64,000 nucleotides of DNA. It comes from Hamiltosporidium tvaerminnensis FI-OER-3-3. Taxonomy: Eukaryota; Fungi; Microsporidia. Below the pieces are notes generated by a model. That model worked only from the letters and a program-made list of their open reading frames with translations, did not search any database and was not told the DNA's origin. Positions 14,001-28,822 of the stretch are shown here, one piece after another (position 1 is the stretch's first letter; the number at the start of each line of letters is the position of its first letter). A program made the position numbers and the translations under genes. Location: positions 1-64,000 of the forward strand of contig JAKIMF020000011.1 in assembly GCA_022605425.2 (NCBI GenBank). Reading direction: 5' to 3'.

Positions 14001-15639
14001 AATTTTTTTATTCTTGTTGAATAAAATTTGGGGTAAAAAATAGAAATTTAATTGAGAAAAATAATTCTGCTTATCTAAAAGTTGATTTTATTTTCTCCTA
14101 CCCCTATCGTAAGAAACCATGTTTGTTTTTCCTTATAAAATTGGTTTCGTCAATAATTCACAAGTAATAATGTGATTGTAATGTTTGCCCACCAATCCTT
14201 TTCTACTTAAAATTTTTATAAATTAAAATTATTTTGCTTTTAAATTTATTTTGCTTGAAAATTTACTTTTTCTTAGATTTTATAACTATGAAAGACACAA
14301 ATTTGGATTTAAGAATCATTTGTGGAATACTATTTATCTCATAATATATTTAGATTTCTTTTTGTAATCATATAACTCTGGTTAAGATTAGATAATTATA
14401 AATTCAAAAAATTTGAAAAATTAAGGTAAATTCAATTATGGTAGATATAATCATCAAAAACAGTTTCGTAAGAATTTCTTCTAAAGTTGTTACAGCTAAT
14501 AAATTTGTATAAAATACAATAAAAAAAATTTCATTTTACTAAAAAAATTTAATGTGTAAATTCGAATCGGGTTGTCACGGAGAAAATAAAACTTGTCTTT
14601 CCCTCTAAGCATCTCAAAACAAAAAATTAATGAAAACTTTAATTTATATAGTTATGTAGATGTTTTTAGTATGTTTCGTAATCTTTCTTTTAATGTAAAT
14701 TATGTATTCAAATTCTGTATTTAAGAGTAATGTTTATAAAATACTTGGTCTGGAATAATTTATTTGCGTTGATGGGACAGATTGCGTAGTGGTATGGTAT
14801 ATAGAGATACATTTTGAGGTTAAAGGGAAGAAAGGAACCTCAGGGGGAAGTAAAATGTAGATTAGGGTAAAAAACGTGTGAAGGGGGTTGATCGGAGAAT
14901 AAATCTAGATCAAAACAGCTATTAATTTTGTTTCGCTTTCAGTTTTTTTAATTTGATTTCAGTCGTATTATTTTCTTAGGATGATCACCCTAACCCATGA
15001 GGGTTTCGTCGATTACACATTTGAGTTCAAAAATACTCTTTATTTCTTTCTGTGGATGTTTAAATATTTAAATCAAGTTACTTAGAAATTGTCTTTTTTT
15101 GAAAATTTGATCCTATAAAAGTTACGAATGTTTACATTTTTTATTTTTGTATATTTTACAGTTTGAAGAAATGTTTTTCTTTGTTATACATTTAAAAAAA
15201 ATGTTTTTAAAAACATTATATGGTTTTTTTGGAATCTCTGAAATTTTTATGCTATAGTATTTTACAACTTTTATTATTAGTTACTATTTTTCAAGCCAGT
15301 TCTAGATTTTTTATATTTTGTATAGGTTTCAGCGTATTATTTATATTTTCAAACCTATGTATAAATTATTATGTTTTCTACATTTTTTCTTTAATTTTGG
15401 AATTGTACTATTTTTATGGATTCATTTTATATTTATTTGGTTATCAAGTTTTTTAAAAACTATAATTTAGCAATGTTTTCCATCCCATATGATTTTCTCA
15501 AAGTTTAGCTTTTTCTTCAAAAAATAATTTTTTTAAAATTTACAACTTTTTGAATAATTATGAAATGCTATTTATTTTTAGTAATTTTTCAAAAATTCTT
15601 TATTTATTTTTAAATCGTTCACATCGCATATGCTTTAAT

Positions 15640-18600
15640 GGTATTTCTTCTTATAGCATTTTAAATGACCAACCTTAATAAACTTATAAAATTTACATAA
15701 TGGGAAGTTTTTGCAGGTAAGGTATTAGGTCTTTTTTTTGTTTATTTATTACATTGGAACTATTAAAAACTATAATCACCATCCTATAAGTCATAATTTC
15801 TTATCTTGGTCTTAATACGTCGTATTCGATCTAAATATAGCCTTATTAAAATTTCCAAATTGTTATTAAAAGCCTTCAATATATTGAGTGAGACATTTAT
15901 CTTATAGGGTATTTAAAGTAACTTTTGATTTCTATATAACCTCATTCTCAGTACTTTCGAAAATTGAGAAAATGCCACCTATTATATATGGATTGCTTCT
16001 TTGGCTTATAAAGAATATAAAGCTAAGGAAGAGAAAGTACTTGATCTGAAAAAGTATTTAAAATATCTTGTATGCTATTTTGAGTTTTAAAAGAAGAGAA
16101 TGTAAAAATATTGCTTTTAATCTAATATATTAAATATTGCCTATATTTTATAGACATGCATTTATTATTCATATACATATATCTATATTAGCTGTGAATA
16201 TTTAAATCACCTCAATATATCCATATAAAAAAATGGTTTTTATTTTAATATTTGCCCTATTTGACTGACTTAAATTGTTTTTATTATAAGTATATTGATT
16301 CTTATCAATAATGCTAAGTTTTTTAAAAAATTATATATTATATGGTAGTGATTTACGGAATTGAAGTTTAATAAAATTGATACTAAATAAAATATCTTGA
16401 GTCATAAATGTGTTTATATAGTAATAGAATAATAAAACCAAATTTGAATAGATGTTTTTACGCTAAGTATATCAATTTTAATTTTCTTACCCATTTCTGT
16501 TTTTTAAAAAAAATTATACAACTTATTCTTAAAGTAGTTTAATTTTGTATGCTTTTAAATGTTACAATGGTTATGAAGTCGTACATAGAATATAATATTT
16601 GAATTATAGAATATTTACGAGATATTTTATCTTATTTTAGCGATAGGTAAACCTTAAATAAATTTGGTTTATTTTAAACTAAATTAAATACTCGTTTTTT
16701 ACATATGACTAATATATATTTCTCTTAGTTTGTATGTAAAGCTAGAGATTACATTTCAAACTTTTCAGAAATTCATTCTAAATGATGAAATAATAAAATT
16801 GAGGATACATTGATAAAAAAATGTATTTATAGGATGAGTCTTATATTATCATTAATTAAGTTTGTTTGTGAAAATAGGCGTCTATTCTATTTCACTAAAT
16901 CAAATTTCTATTTATTAAGTTTGTTATTTATATTATGTACCATTAGTTATGGGTCATATACTTTAAATATAACAAAAGAAGATGGTTTAAAATGTACCAA
17001 AAAATGATATGATTATGCTTTGATTTCTATATCCGGTATTTCTCTACACGTAACTTAGCACTATCTTGTTCTTAAACCTCTATTAGCCGATCCACTCTAT
17101 AAAGATTTAACTTAATGTAGAACGAAAGACACTAGTTCCACAATCAACTACTGTATATTTTCCGAAAAATTCGTAGCAAATTAATACATTTAAACTACCC
17201 AGGCTTGTTTTTATCATGGAAATAGTATGTAAGGCTATTTGCCTGTGTAAATTATTTAGGATTCAAATGGGGTGTCTAAGAACTCATTCGATCTTGTTCA
17301 AAATCGGATTTTACGAACAAAGTAAATTCGTTTACTTAAAATTTATTTAAAAAATAACTCTACCAATATCAGAAACGCCTTTTATATACTAAATGGTTAA
17401 GAATTACATTCAAGGACGGATTTGCATAATCGCAAAGTTTCAGAGTGAATAACTATACCATAAACAATTTGAAAATATTATTTTGTGTTATAATTAAAAC
17501 CTTTTAAAAAACCAACAACCACACTTAAGCTGTATCATAATACTTGTTTCATTTAAATCATCTATTCGTCTTTTTATCTACAACTACAATCGTGATCTTT
17601 ATGATATATAATGTGATTTAGGCTCTTTAAAGTGTTGTATTCTTGTTGGAAGATGTTTATGCTTAAGCTATATATATTCTAATATGAATATGTATTATCT
17701 ATCTTTAGATATACCTTAGCGGAAAGTCATTAAATATATTAATGAATTACTTTGTCCCCACTTGTTTTATAAGGATCGATTTTATTCTTTGCATAATAAA
17801 AGACTATTGTTGTAAATAAATAAAATATCTCAAATGTAATTTAAGACACCATGAGATATAGTCACTCTCTTAAATTGTATTATATTTAGAAAGTAAATTT
17901 TATAAAATAAAACCTGATTATTAAACTAAGAAATATAGATTAACTAATTGCAAAAGATTTAAATGTTTATAATTTGATTTGAAGGAGCTAACAAAGAAAT
18001 GTATTTAATAAACCGGAGGTATAGAAATTGATTTAAATAAATTATAATGTTTTTTACATAAATATAGACATATAATAGATAATATAAACCAATTTTACAA
18101 CATTTTATTTTTTTATACCTTAAAATCATTAAATTCCTACAAATTCGTATTTCTTAGAAAACAAACGAACATTTCTATCTGTTCTCAAGTTATTACAAGG
18201 AATTCATCCAAAGTAATTTTATAGATATAAACAATTCTGATATTCTAAATATATCAAATAGCTATTTTTAATTTCACTTTAAGATAAATATTTGAATTTA
18301 ATATTTAGATTTCATCACTAAAATACATATCTGATTCAATCAAAACCACTTAGGTCTTTTCCTTCTCATAGGCCAATAAAAAATATTTTTCGGAATTAGA
18401 TTAGGTAACACATAAAATTTCCAGAATTTGCATCTTAACAACGTTCACGCTTTCTAGTTCTACCAAGAAAAGAATTTCTAAATTGTGCTCAGTTGTAACT
18501 AAGATTGCAAATGCAGAAGTCTACTGTTGGATACAATCCAAAATTGCTCAATTTCTTCCAAACACTCTCAATATAACCCCAGCATCGAATATAACCTACT

Positions 18601-19480
18601 TAACAATGCTTTGGGCATTAAAACCCCCTATTCTTCTTTCTTCTTCTCCAAGTGTAATAGGAAAAACTTTGTTCATATTAAATGAAAGAACTTTTGGATA
18701 AATTTTCTAATAAAAAAATGCTTTGGGTAATAATATAATACGGAACTAAACTCAATATTTATATCATTTGCTTCATAAAACTTTCACGGTGTTGTGGCCG
18801 GATATCCAACAGCATCACAATATACTTTAACAATCATATATCTGAACTGTAACTGAAAACTATTTTTAAGATAATTAATTTCTGGGGAATACATTGAGAT
18901 GCAAATAAAAATAATAAACATCATACATCCTCACCTTTATAGCTATTACACACTTTTTCATCTTTCCTGTTTACATTTCTTGAGTTACTTCTTCATTCCA
19001 ATTTCATCAATGAAAATAATCTTTTGATATCAGAAACATAAGGATAGAAATTTGTAAAATATGTGTAGAAATTAAATTGTTTTAAACACAATTTTTTATT
19101 TGATTTAACACCAAAAGAAAAAATTAATCATTAAAACATGTAAAACATGTGAACATCTCCAATATTGTTTTTCCTGTTTCTAAAATTGGTAAAAGTATCG
19201 GTTAAATTTCATTTCAGTAGATTTTTTTCAATATATGATTATTAAACATTTCTTCAACTTTTTATTTTAAATTTTAAAAACTGTTTTTTCAATCGTGATT
19301 TTACCGTTAAGAACGATTTATTCATCATTATTATATGGTTACATTATTCAAATATCTCAATTTATTGCTAATTCATGCGCAAAACGTCTAACTATATTTA
19401 TAAAAATATTTAACCCTACTTTTACTATGCTAAAATCATAAATATTTAATTTTTCTATTTTGAGCCTAAATAAAAAATTT
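15640..19480 (-). pseudogene. Copy C of the unidentified multicopy gene (colinear with copy A)
   Basis: Continuous similarity to copy A, e.g. atttcttgagttac(c/t)tcttcattccaatttc and aaatatagattaactaattgcaa. Open stretch QIALHTISMIKTSLGSLNVLICYEFFGKYTVVDCGTSVF near 17130-17245. Many disablements. Confidence 0.72.
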
Positions 19481-19497
19481 AAATTGTATTTGTAATT

Positions 19498-20180
19498 TGG
19501 TGAAGGGAGGAAAGCCACAAAAAAATTTCTGGTTGGCATTGAGTATTTGAAACTTGTATGAAGATCATTGTTTGGATTTAGGATGGGAATAAAAGCACAC
19601 TATATTTTCTGTTTCTCGTAAATGTTTGTATGAGGAAGTCTACGAAATAGTAAAACTTTTTCTAGAAATTTATTTGTAGTTTTTTTTGTAGCGAATGGAA
19701 CCTCAGCCGAACTTGTAAGCCATTGTCATAAAGAAGAAGCATTGAGCCTTAGCCTTGCTTACTCGTGTTATAAGATTGGCGCCTGTGATATTGAAATAAA
19801 AATTATTTAAAGCCATAAAAGCTAACTAGCAAATTGATATGTTGGTATGACACTGCACTGTCTAGATAGATTAGATGTAAGCCTCAGAGATATATCTTGG
19901 CCAGAAGTGAATTAGATTCGGTAGGCGCTGTGTTAGTGGAAACGCCGCATAGTCTTGGAAGAACTAAAGATGGGCTTCGCTCCTGATTACACATAATGCA
20001 ACCGAAGAAAACGCACAAAAGAAACCGCCTAGTCTATTGATTAGGTCTGCACACATTTTGAATAATGCCTTGCGAACGTGGGTATCGTAGAAAAAAATGA
20101 AGCTGTGTCGGTAGAATTTATTTATATTAAACCTAGAACTACGTTGAAGTCACGAATAGAAATAAAAAGCTTACCATTCT
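19498..20180 (+). ncRNA. Diverged copy of the ~690-nt putative structured RNA element
   Basis: Colinear similarity to 42036-42736 (gatcattgtttgga, aaatttatttgtag, tagccttgct.actcgtgtta, gttggtatgaca.tgcactgtctag, gcatagtcttgg, aaacctagaact). Confidence 0.55.
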
Positions 20181-23100
20181 TAGTAAAAAAAATCGGATGT
20201 TTTGAAAAATATTATTGTTTAGTCATCTCCCTATAAACTTCAATATTCCTTGGTATTAAATTTATCATCTTCAGTAATGATTAAGGCACGATGTAATATT
20301 ATATTCATTTGAATGGTTTCTACTTGCTCTAACTTTATTTTATGATTCGACTAGGTATAATATTTTGCGCTTTCATATATCTCAATGACATATATTTCTG
20401 TCAAAACCTTTCTTTAGCAATTAAATTATTTCCTCTAGTTTCCAAATTTCTTGATCTACGAACTGTGGATGTGTGGTTCTTATTAAAATAAAGGACAAAT
20501 CATGGCGAAAACAAGATCATTACCAACGATGCTTTTATAAAAATATTATGGAATCATTGACTCACATTTTTTTGCATACGCTACATACCAAGTTTGATAT
20601 TTTGTCATTAACGCTCATACAAAGTAAATTTGTTATCTGCCTTTATCCCTTTTCTCTTTTTCCCTTATTTTTCTTCGCTTTTATTCTTCGACCTATCAAT
20701 AACAATTTTAAATAGGAATGAGAGGATAGATTCTTCAACTAAGCCCAAATATATGATTACTTCGGCCTGTTCCTGTTTGGCCAGGATACCTTTGCCTCGG
20801 TTAATTCCGACCAATTGTTTAAAAAGTGCTTATGAGTTCTTCATTAATGTGATAATATTTTAAATTTTGTAGGTATTTTACTCGCCTTATAATTAAAATT
20901 AATCCTTTTCTAAAAATTTTACATTTTTCTAGATTTTACAAAAAAATCCCCACTCAAATTGCGAGGACACTATGGAAAAGATAATTTTTGAGCTCGTTAA
21001 AAAATGAAATAAATGGAAATATTCATTATATATTCTTAGTAACATCAAATGCTTTGTCCATTTTCTAATAGCATTATTTATTTTCGTATTCAACCATCTC
21101 ATACTTATTTTCTAATGTGGTTTCTTCACGTTCGATTTTTTTTCAATTTTAATTATTTTTTTTCCCTTTTACGTTTTGTTCTTGATAGTTGACTTGAAGA
21201 TTCAAATAAATATTCTAATAATATATTTAAACATATTTCTGATTTCTCATTTTAGGGCATGATACACTATTTCGTGATTCTATTATTTTTTCATTGTTTA
21301 CTAATATTTTTTGTATTGAAGAGAAAAAACACCCCTTTAAAAATGAATGATAGAATGGACTCATCTTAAAAACAAATCATTATTTTAAAGCCATTTATTT
21401 CTCAATACTGGTTATCTTCAAATATAGAATAGAAAATGATAAAATTTATTATTACACAGTAATATATTTATAGATTTTGAAAGTATAGATAAGATATGTT
21501 CGGATATAATTTATTTCTTATATGTTAATATTCCTTCGTACATTCTATCTAAATTGATTGTATAAATTCAGAAAAATTGCAATAATTTGTATTTTATATT
21601 TCTTACGCAGCATAAAAGGTATATGTAATATATTAAACAATAGAAACTATTTTTAATTCACAATTTTGATACGAACATCATACTTTTTGTCAAAAATCAT
21701 AAATTTCACTCTTGTGTTTATTAAAAATATGAAACAGCTTTCCCTAATATTATTTTAGTTTTCAGAGTTATAGGTTGCGCATTTAAATAATGTTCTATTG
21801 AATTCCACTAAAAGTCTTCTATTTAATGCGCAAATAAGCCATGGAATAATAAAAGCAACTTTACATATTTGAAGTCTTTTTCCCTATTAAAATTTCCAAA
21901 GGAATGTTCTCATAAAAATAAGATTTAAACTAGAATTTATAATTTGCTGACTTTCATACAATACTACCTGCTTTATACAATATATATATTTTAAAGGCTC
22001 TAAATAATTCAAGAAGAAAAGTACAAACATATAAAAATAGAACTTACCATAATTGAAGTAGTTTAACAAAATTATCTTTTTATTTTTAGTAGTTTATTCT
22101 TATTTTTTTACGTTTTCGCGCCGTCATTTCTTTCTTTCTATTTTCAAATATTATCTAATTTTATTTAGATATGATGTTTGAAAAAAAATAGCTATAAAAA
22201 TAAAACAAGTTTATAGCACATCTCAATGGTTATAGTCATTATTAATAAGTTATTTTTGTATTATTTTGAAAAAACATTCTACTTCTTTTCTGTACATATT
22301 AGATCTTTGAAATTTCTAAATAAATTCATTTCTTAATCATCTTTTATAATTGTTAACTTAAATTTCATTATTATTACTATGCTAAATTCTTTGGTAAGCC
22401 ACTCGCCGCATAAAGCATCTTATATAATAATTACAGCTTTAGAATTCGTATTACAGTTCTACAAAGATTGAACGATTCAAAGTTGCAAACTCTTCAATAG
22501 ATTTTTTTGTATTTTATTGCAACATTTTTTTATTGTTGGGAAATACCAAAGAGTTAATGGAATTACATAAGATGTATCCTATAAAAGTCTGGTTTCAAGA
22601 ATAAAAGAATAACAACACATTCAATTGATCTCTAAATTATACCTACATTTAGACGATTTAAAGCTAAGCTATATTCAAACGAAAGAATATATATTGAAAA
22701 AGGGAATCAAAAAAGATAATTTGCATAGCGATTTCCAAGAGCAACCATGCTTATATTAAATATATTTTCTTATCATAAACTATATTCGGCAAATAAGTTC
22801 ATGATATCGATTCAAGAAAGTAAATTACGAAAAATCAAAAATCTATGACTTTAAGCTGTAAAATAGCGGTAAATGTTTGAAAAGAAAGACACAGTAAACT
22901 AGGAAGTGTAAACTAAAACCCTATCATATAATATAAAATAATATAATACTGAAAAGATCTAATTTTATAAGTGGGATTAACGAAATGAAAATTCAAAATG
23001 TTCTTTTCACTCTAATGATTTTATAAAACTTCCTTAGGAGGTCTTGGCTATCTTCTCTATATTTTTTGAGTAATCAACTAGTATTTCTAAATTCTATGCA

Positions 23101-23321
23101 ATTCTTTCAATAGGAATATTAATTACCATTTTTAAATAAAACTTTCCCAGTAATCTTGATATATTAAATAGAAATTTTTTCTTAATGTTTCAATGAAATA
23201 TTTATCGTTTCTATTTAGAAAATAATATAAATAACGTATCATATAGAATTTTTATTCACGGTTTTTTTGTAAAAATATTATTTAAAACATTTTTTTCTTT
23301 AATTAATATTTTTGAACATTA

Positions 23322-23903
23322 TTTTTTTCGTATTTTAGATTGAAGGTTGACTGGTTTCTTACAGAGCATGTATCATAAATTTCTAAAATGTGGGTTTTTT
23401 GACCGAAGTTCGTAAATATATAAGCCCGTGTTTAAAACACCGAAATATTCATCCACAACTAAATATTGTTTAAAGTCTTACCATTTCAAAATATTTCTAC
23501 TTTTGATAAAAGCACAACTAGCCTGTTTCATACATACATTTTTACATTCTTTACATCCCTTGGTCGCAATACCAGAACGCTTTATAAATCTCTTACATAT
23601 AGAAACTCTTAGAAACGTGCCTTCTCTTTTTATAACACGGATTTTCTATAAAATGAGCATTTCTGAATTCCACCACTCTGCAAATCATATGTTTTATATG
23701 ATTTTCATGTTGCTAGGTTGGATTTGGCTAACAATAACAATTTTTTTTTCAATAACATACATCTGATGTATATCTGTGGACAATGTTTTACATAACATCC
23801 AAATAAATGAATCTCTTGGTCAGAGAATTTCTATTACTACATAAGATGTTTTTTCTTGTTCGTGCTATTCACTTAATTTTGTGGTTTCATATTTTGTAGG
23901 CAT
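23322..23903 (-). pseudogene. Decayed ~190-codon ORF with a CxxCxxxC cluster
   Basis: A single minus frame from ATG 23903: MPTKYETTKLSE*HEQEK...KRSGIATKGCKECKNVCMKQASCAF...; several in-frame stops of all three types. Confidence 0.35.
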
Positions 23904-24327
23904 ATCTTAATTCAGTGTTTCATTTCAAACTCTCTGCAGTACACACTATTTCGATATTGAAATATTTGGGTAAAAATTTGAAAATATAAATAAAGAAAAA
24001 ATGAGAAAATAGATTACAATATAAAATTAATTTTGATATAAAAAAATAAATTATATTTTACGATTGATTTTTGATTTACATCTTTCGAATAAATGTTAAA
24101 ATCTACAAGAGTACCATCAAATCATACGTACATTTAAACATTTTAAGACAAATGGTTTAACGTTTTTTAATTTTATGATTTGACAATTCGGTCATCCTTT
24201 AGAACAATTTCCATACCTTAGTAATCGAAAATTTGAAAATCTTATAGGAATTCTTATAGGAATATAAGCTTTAGCATTCTTCATCTTTCTTGGTGCAGAT
24301 TGGTTTTGAGATTTTCTTTTTTGTTGT

Positions 24328-24541
24328 AAGGGCAACTAAATGGGACTCGTCCTCCGGGTTAGGGGTTGGGCCTGGAGCTAAAAACCTGGTTTTAAAACCA
24401 GCTTGTTACAAACCCAAAAAAATAAACGTACCCTTAAGGGAAATTAGAAAACTATTAGGCGTGGGTAAAGAATGAAACCGGTGAAAGCTATTACTGGGGG
24501 AGGCCAAGGCTTGTATAGGGCTTTAATGCCGAGGATGAAGG
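24328..24541 (+). mobile_element. Short non-autonomous RTE-type retroposon remnant (5'-UTR-like segment joined to 3'-end-like segment)
   Basis: GC-rich island. ctcgtcctccgggttaggggttgggc...gctaaaaacc...cagcttgttac resembles RTE-clade 5'-UTR motifs, and ggaggccaaggc...gggctttaatgccgaggatgaag resembles RTE 3' termini. Recognised from memory, not by search. No RT/EN ORF between the two parts. Confidence 0.55.
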
Positions 24542-25899
24542 AAATCTGGTATCTTTTATTGTATTCAGTTTATTTTAATTCGAATCAGTAAGGTTCAGTT
24601 TTGATTTTTTTCTATTTTTAGAAATGCAACAAATGATCCGTATATTTAAATCAATTTAAATTTGAAGACATTTTAAATAAATCTGAGCAGTGTTCTAAAG
24701 AAAGCAATTAAAACAATAGAAAATTACCTGGCTATAAAAAATTCATTCATGGTGTTAACTATTCTTTTGGATTTTATATGATTTGTTAAATCTTTTAGAT
24801 TTTTATAACTTTTACTGATTTCATTTCAATGCATATAATTTTCTAAATCATTTTTTTTTGATTTGAGAAAAGTTTAAGATTAAGGATAAATACAGAAAAA
24901 AACGAGGCCGTATGGAAAAAAGTGAAATAAACACCAATCGACTTGATCGAAATGAGTTGCCGTGTAGTGGCTTTTTTTCCAAATATTTTTTATTTTACTA
25001 ATGAACTTCCAGTAAAAAGAGTCTGAGTTTTTTTGCATTTTATGTCGTTCGAATTACTTTATTACAAAAACATTTTTTTTATTTCCCATTGATTAGGCTT
25101 ACTCATGGTTTATTTTTAAATTGCTTGTTTTCAGTTCTATGTTAAAGTTCTTTGTGTATTCTTTATATATACTTTTTTATTTTCTACATTATATCTTATT
25201 TTTAAATTTATTTTTATATTGTAGGTTATTTAAATTCTCTTGGTTATGATTTTAAAATTTAATTTTTCACACCAATATTTTCAGGTGGATTTTCAAGTAT
25301 AACTTGTTCTTTAATTTATTTTTTGTAGATACTCTTGTGTGTAAAATTCGGATAAAATAGATTAAGAACCATTTGTTTAAATTAATAAAATAAATAACGT
25401 TTAAAAGTTTTGACATTATATATCTATGTGTATAATTTCAAAAATCTATACAAAAATAAATTATGATCTATATCTATTTTTTTCCTATTATAATGAGTGG
25501 CATGTTTGTTTCAATCGAAAATATTAAATACTCTCAAAAATAAAAAAGAATGTTTTAAACGATTCATTTTATCTTAGATTTCTATATTAAAAACATAATA
25601 AACTTTTTATACTAAAGCAATATTTATGAAATACAAAATAAAACCTATATTTCGTTTGAATAATTGAATTAGGAATCAATATTGATTTTGAAGCTCAGTC
25701 TTAACTAATTTATTCTTTTTGATGTACAAATAAATATTTATTGAGAAACACGCATGATTGTATCTTTTTAGTTAATTAGTTTCCCTGTGAAAAATTTTAA
25801 AAACTATTTTTATAAAAAAGTTTTTTAATTATATTTACTAAATGCTTTTTTTCTAGTTAAATTGAATATATAGAATATGTAAAACATTTATTTAAATGA

Positions 25900-26950
25900 T
25901 TTAAAATTATTCTGTTTTTGCATATGAAAAATTAAGTATTGCATAGATTAAGAAAATTTTCTTGTTTTTATTTTCAAATAAATACGAATTTATATACAGT
26001 TAAAAAAAATGAAATTTCTTATGAGTATGTTTTTATTATATGCGTAGTATTTCTTAGTAGAAGCCACGAAAAATCATATCTTCGTGTTTAAATTATTAGC
26101 AATAAATATATTTCAAAATAATTTGAAGAATTTTTATTTTGCGCAAATGTATTTTTTGTTTAAACCCTATTAATCTAATCTCCCTAGATGAATTTATTTT
26201 AAGTTTAATTCCTTGATAGAAATAAATATAAGTGTTATAATTATGAAAATATTTATTTTAGCTTCTATTAGCCTATTCTATGGCCTTTTTCCTGTATTAG
26301 AGCTTTAAAGATTAGTTTATTTATCTATAAAAACGTCTAATGATTTATTTGAGAACACTGTTTTATAAATCCTTAATATATATTTTTTTAAAAATGAAGT
26401 AGTAAAGATATTAAAAATAAAAATTAATTTCAAGTCGGATTTTTAATCTGATACATTTACTTTATAAAAAAAAGGAGTGATATCTTGAAAATATCAGATA
26501 TATAATAAAACTCTAATTATACGGCTTATATTGGCTTATAAGAAATATTTGTGCATCTACATTGTAAATGCAGTATAGGAGAATTAATCGATTAAAGTTG
26601 AACAAGTTTTTTAAAAACTAGATAAAAAAACAAATGAAATGATATGTTATTGATACAGGATGTTTTGATAAATGTATCGTTTATAATTAAATTATAGAAA
26701 TATGGCATGTAATTTTGATTCGCAAATAAAGATATTGAAAATTTGATTGATTTTTTAAATCTAAGATGATCGGTATTACAAATTAATGATATTTTTTGAA
26801 AGTTTATTTTAATTTGACAGCGACTTGTAGACTTAAAACCTAGATCTATTTTAACGTACAAAATTCTAAAATCAAATGCAACTTTTTAGACATTTTATAC
26901 AGACGCCGCCGGGAAACTAAGAAGAAAAAAAACCTAAAATTTATAGTTGA
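25900..26950 (+). pseudogene. Decayed leucine-rich-repeat-like protein gene
   Basis: Fragments FNSLIEINISV, VVKILKIKIN and DSQIKILKI fit an LxxLxL-type pattern; numerous stops. Confidence 0.25.
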
Positions 26951-27239
26951 ATTATGGTCTTTGCTAGCTTATTGCGTTGTGGCTACGAATTAGCCTGCAA
27001 GATAAGTTGTACAGTCATTAAAAAAATTTTCAGGGGCTAGTATAGTGAATAAATTCGTTTATATTTTATATTGGACTGATTACTATACATAAGACAGACA
27101 GAAGTTTATATTTGAATGTTTAAATAAAAAATTATTTGTTTTGCAAATAACATAAGCAAATATACATAGTCTTAGATATGTTATGTTATGTTAGTAAATT
27201 TACATACGAAAGCATAAAAATACTTCACAATCTTGAAGG

Positions 27240-27770
27240 CAAAGATTCCGTCATATGAGAGGTACATTTGCTCATTAGATAAACTTGTTCCATAATTGTA
27301 AGAGTACCTTTAATGTATATGACAGAAAAACTTACGAAAAAAATTATGTTTGTACAAAATTTCATTTTAGGGTATCGGTTCATTAAAACCATAATTCAAA
27401 TATATTCGTCATCATATATATATTCCTGTGAATAGATAAAATTAGAGGCTAGAATATATCCCTATCCTTGAATTTAAAAAGGCATACCTTGAACAACAAT
27501 AAAAAATTTTATATGCTTACTTTTCCAATTAAAACAGAAGATTTGGCTATGCAAGCGGTCTTAACACGAAAATGGACATTATCTGCCTTTTATAAATCTA
27601 AAAGGTTTTAATTATAAGTGAATATAAATTACCAGCATAAAAGGGATATATATGAATTTTAGAATTTAGACATTAGTTCACGATAACCCTACTTTTGTCA
27701 TCATTGACTCCATCTAAGAATCAGGCGAAACAAAACAAATTTTATTTTTTACCTTTTAAGTGTTTTTAAA
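27240..27770 (+). pseudogene. Possible serpin-like remnant
   Basis: Ordered fragments in shifting frames: SSSYIYSCE*, KFYMLTFPIKTEDLAMQAVL and VHDNPTFVIIDS..TKQILFL, loosely like serpin YFKGxW, LELPY..LSMxILL and DHPFLF..ILF motifs. Confidence 0.22.
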
Positions 27771-28822
27771 TGCTCGAACAGCAGCAATGACTTTAGGAAA
27801 TAATAATAATTAAAACCTTTGAAATTTTAGATAATACAAAAAATAATAAGTTATTGCAACCAAGAAAAGAGAGAGTATATAGATACGAGTTATCATCTAT
27901 ATTCTTTTCATAATATTATGTTTTTATCTTTTTGGTCATAAATTTTCAAAATCGTGTAAAAATTATTAATTTATTTTTAAATGTTAGTATCAACTCGTGA
28001 GAAGCGTATATTTCTAAAAAGGCAGACTATACAATAAAATTAATACTTGATGTATCCATTAAATAAATCTAAATATTAAACCATATAATTCTAAAACCTT
28101 TGTAATGTTTAAGTATAATCTAGTAAAGACTTTGAAAACCTATTTAAAGACTTCCTAGAAAGCTACCATAATATAATAATATTAAGAGTCACGCTATTTA
28201 AACAATACTTATTTTTAAAACAAAGATTTTAACAAATTAACTAAATAAGACAAACACTAAAAGAATGCTAAGCATAGAAATTATAAAATTAAGGAGAAAG
28301 AAATAACAAAGATGCTAAAAAGACTATCCATTGTTTTATTTAAGAGTTTAAAAATTTTTTATGTTGTACTTAATTGAACAGACTAAGAAAGAATGTTTTT
28401 ACCAACATTTTACATTATATCACTTTGATTTCTTATCTGTTATTTTTGTGTTCATTTAGATCAGTTTAAAAAAAATAGATTTTAAAAATTACAAACATGA
28501 ACTCAAAAGAAATTTATAGGAAATCCAAATACAATTTAAAAGAAAAATATCAAAGTACGCTTCAAACTTTTTTATACAAACAAAGAAATTTTATGAAGTA
28601 TAACTATCCACATTGTTGTTCCCTATACTATTCATTTTTCTGGTGATAAAATTCAAACCTAGTATTATTTTTCAATGTTTCTTTTTCCTATTTCATTTCC
28701 AAAATATTCTTGTTAGATGTTGTTTCTAACAGCAAACAACTAAATTTGATCTAAATATCTACTTGTCATCCAAAAGAAACACCCGAATAATTACTAACAA
28801 TCAAAATCATGCAAATTCATAT

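Noticed and set aside
15660-15700. TERT-like LLRLV motif in the multicopy gene
   Set aside because: It is not followed by the catalytic DD in any copy, and no GIPQG-type motif was found.
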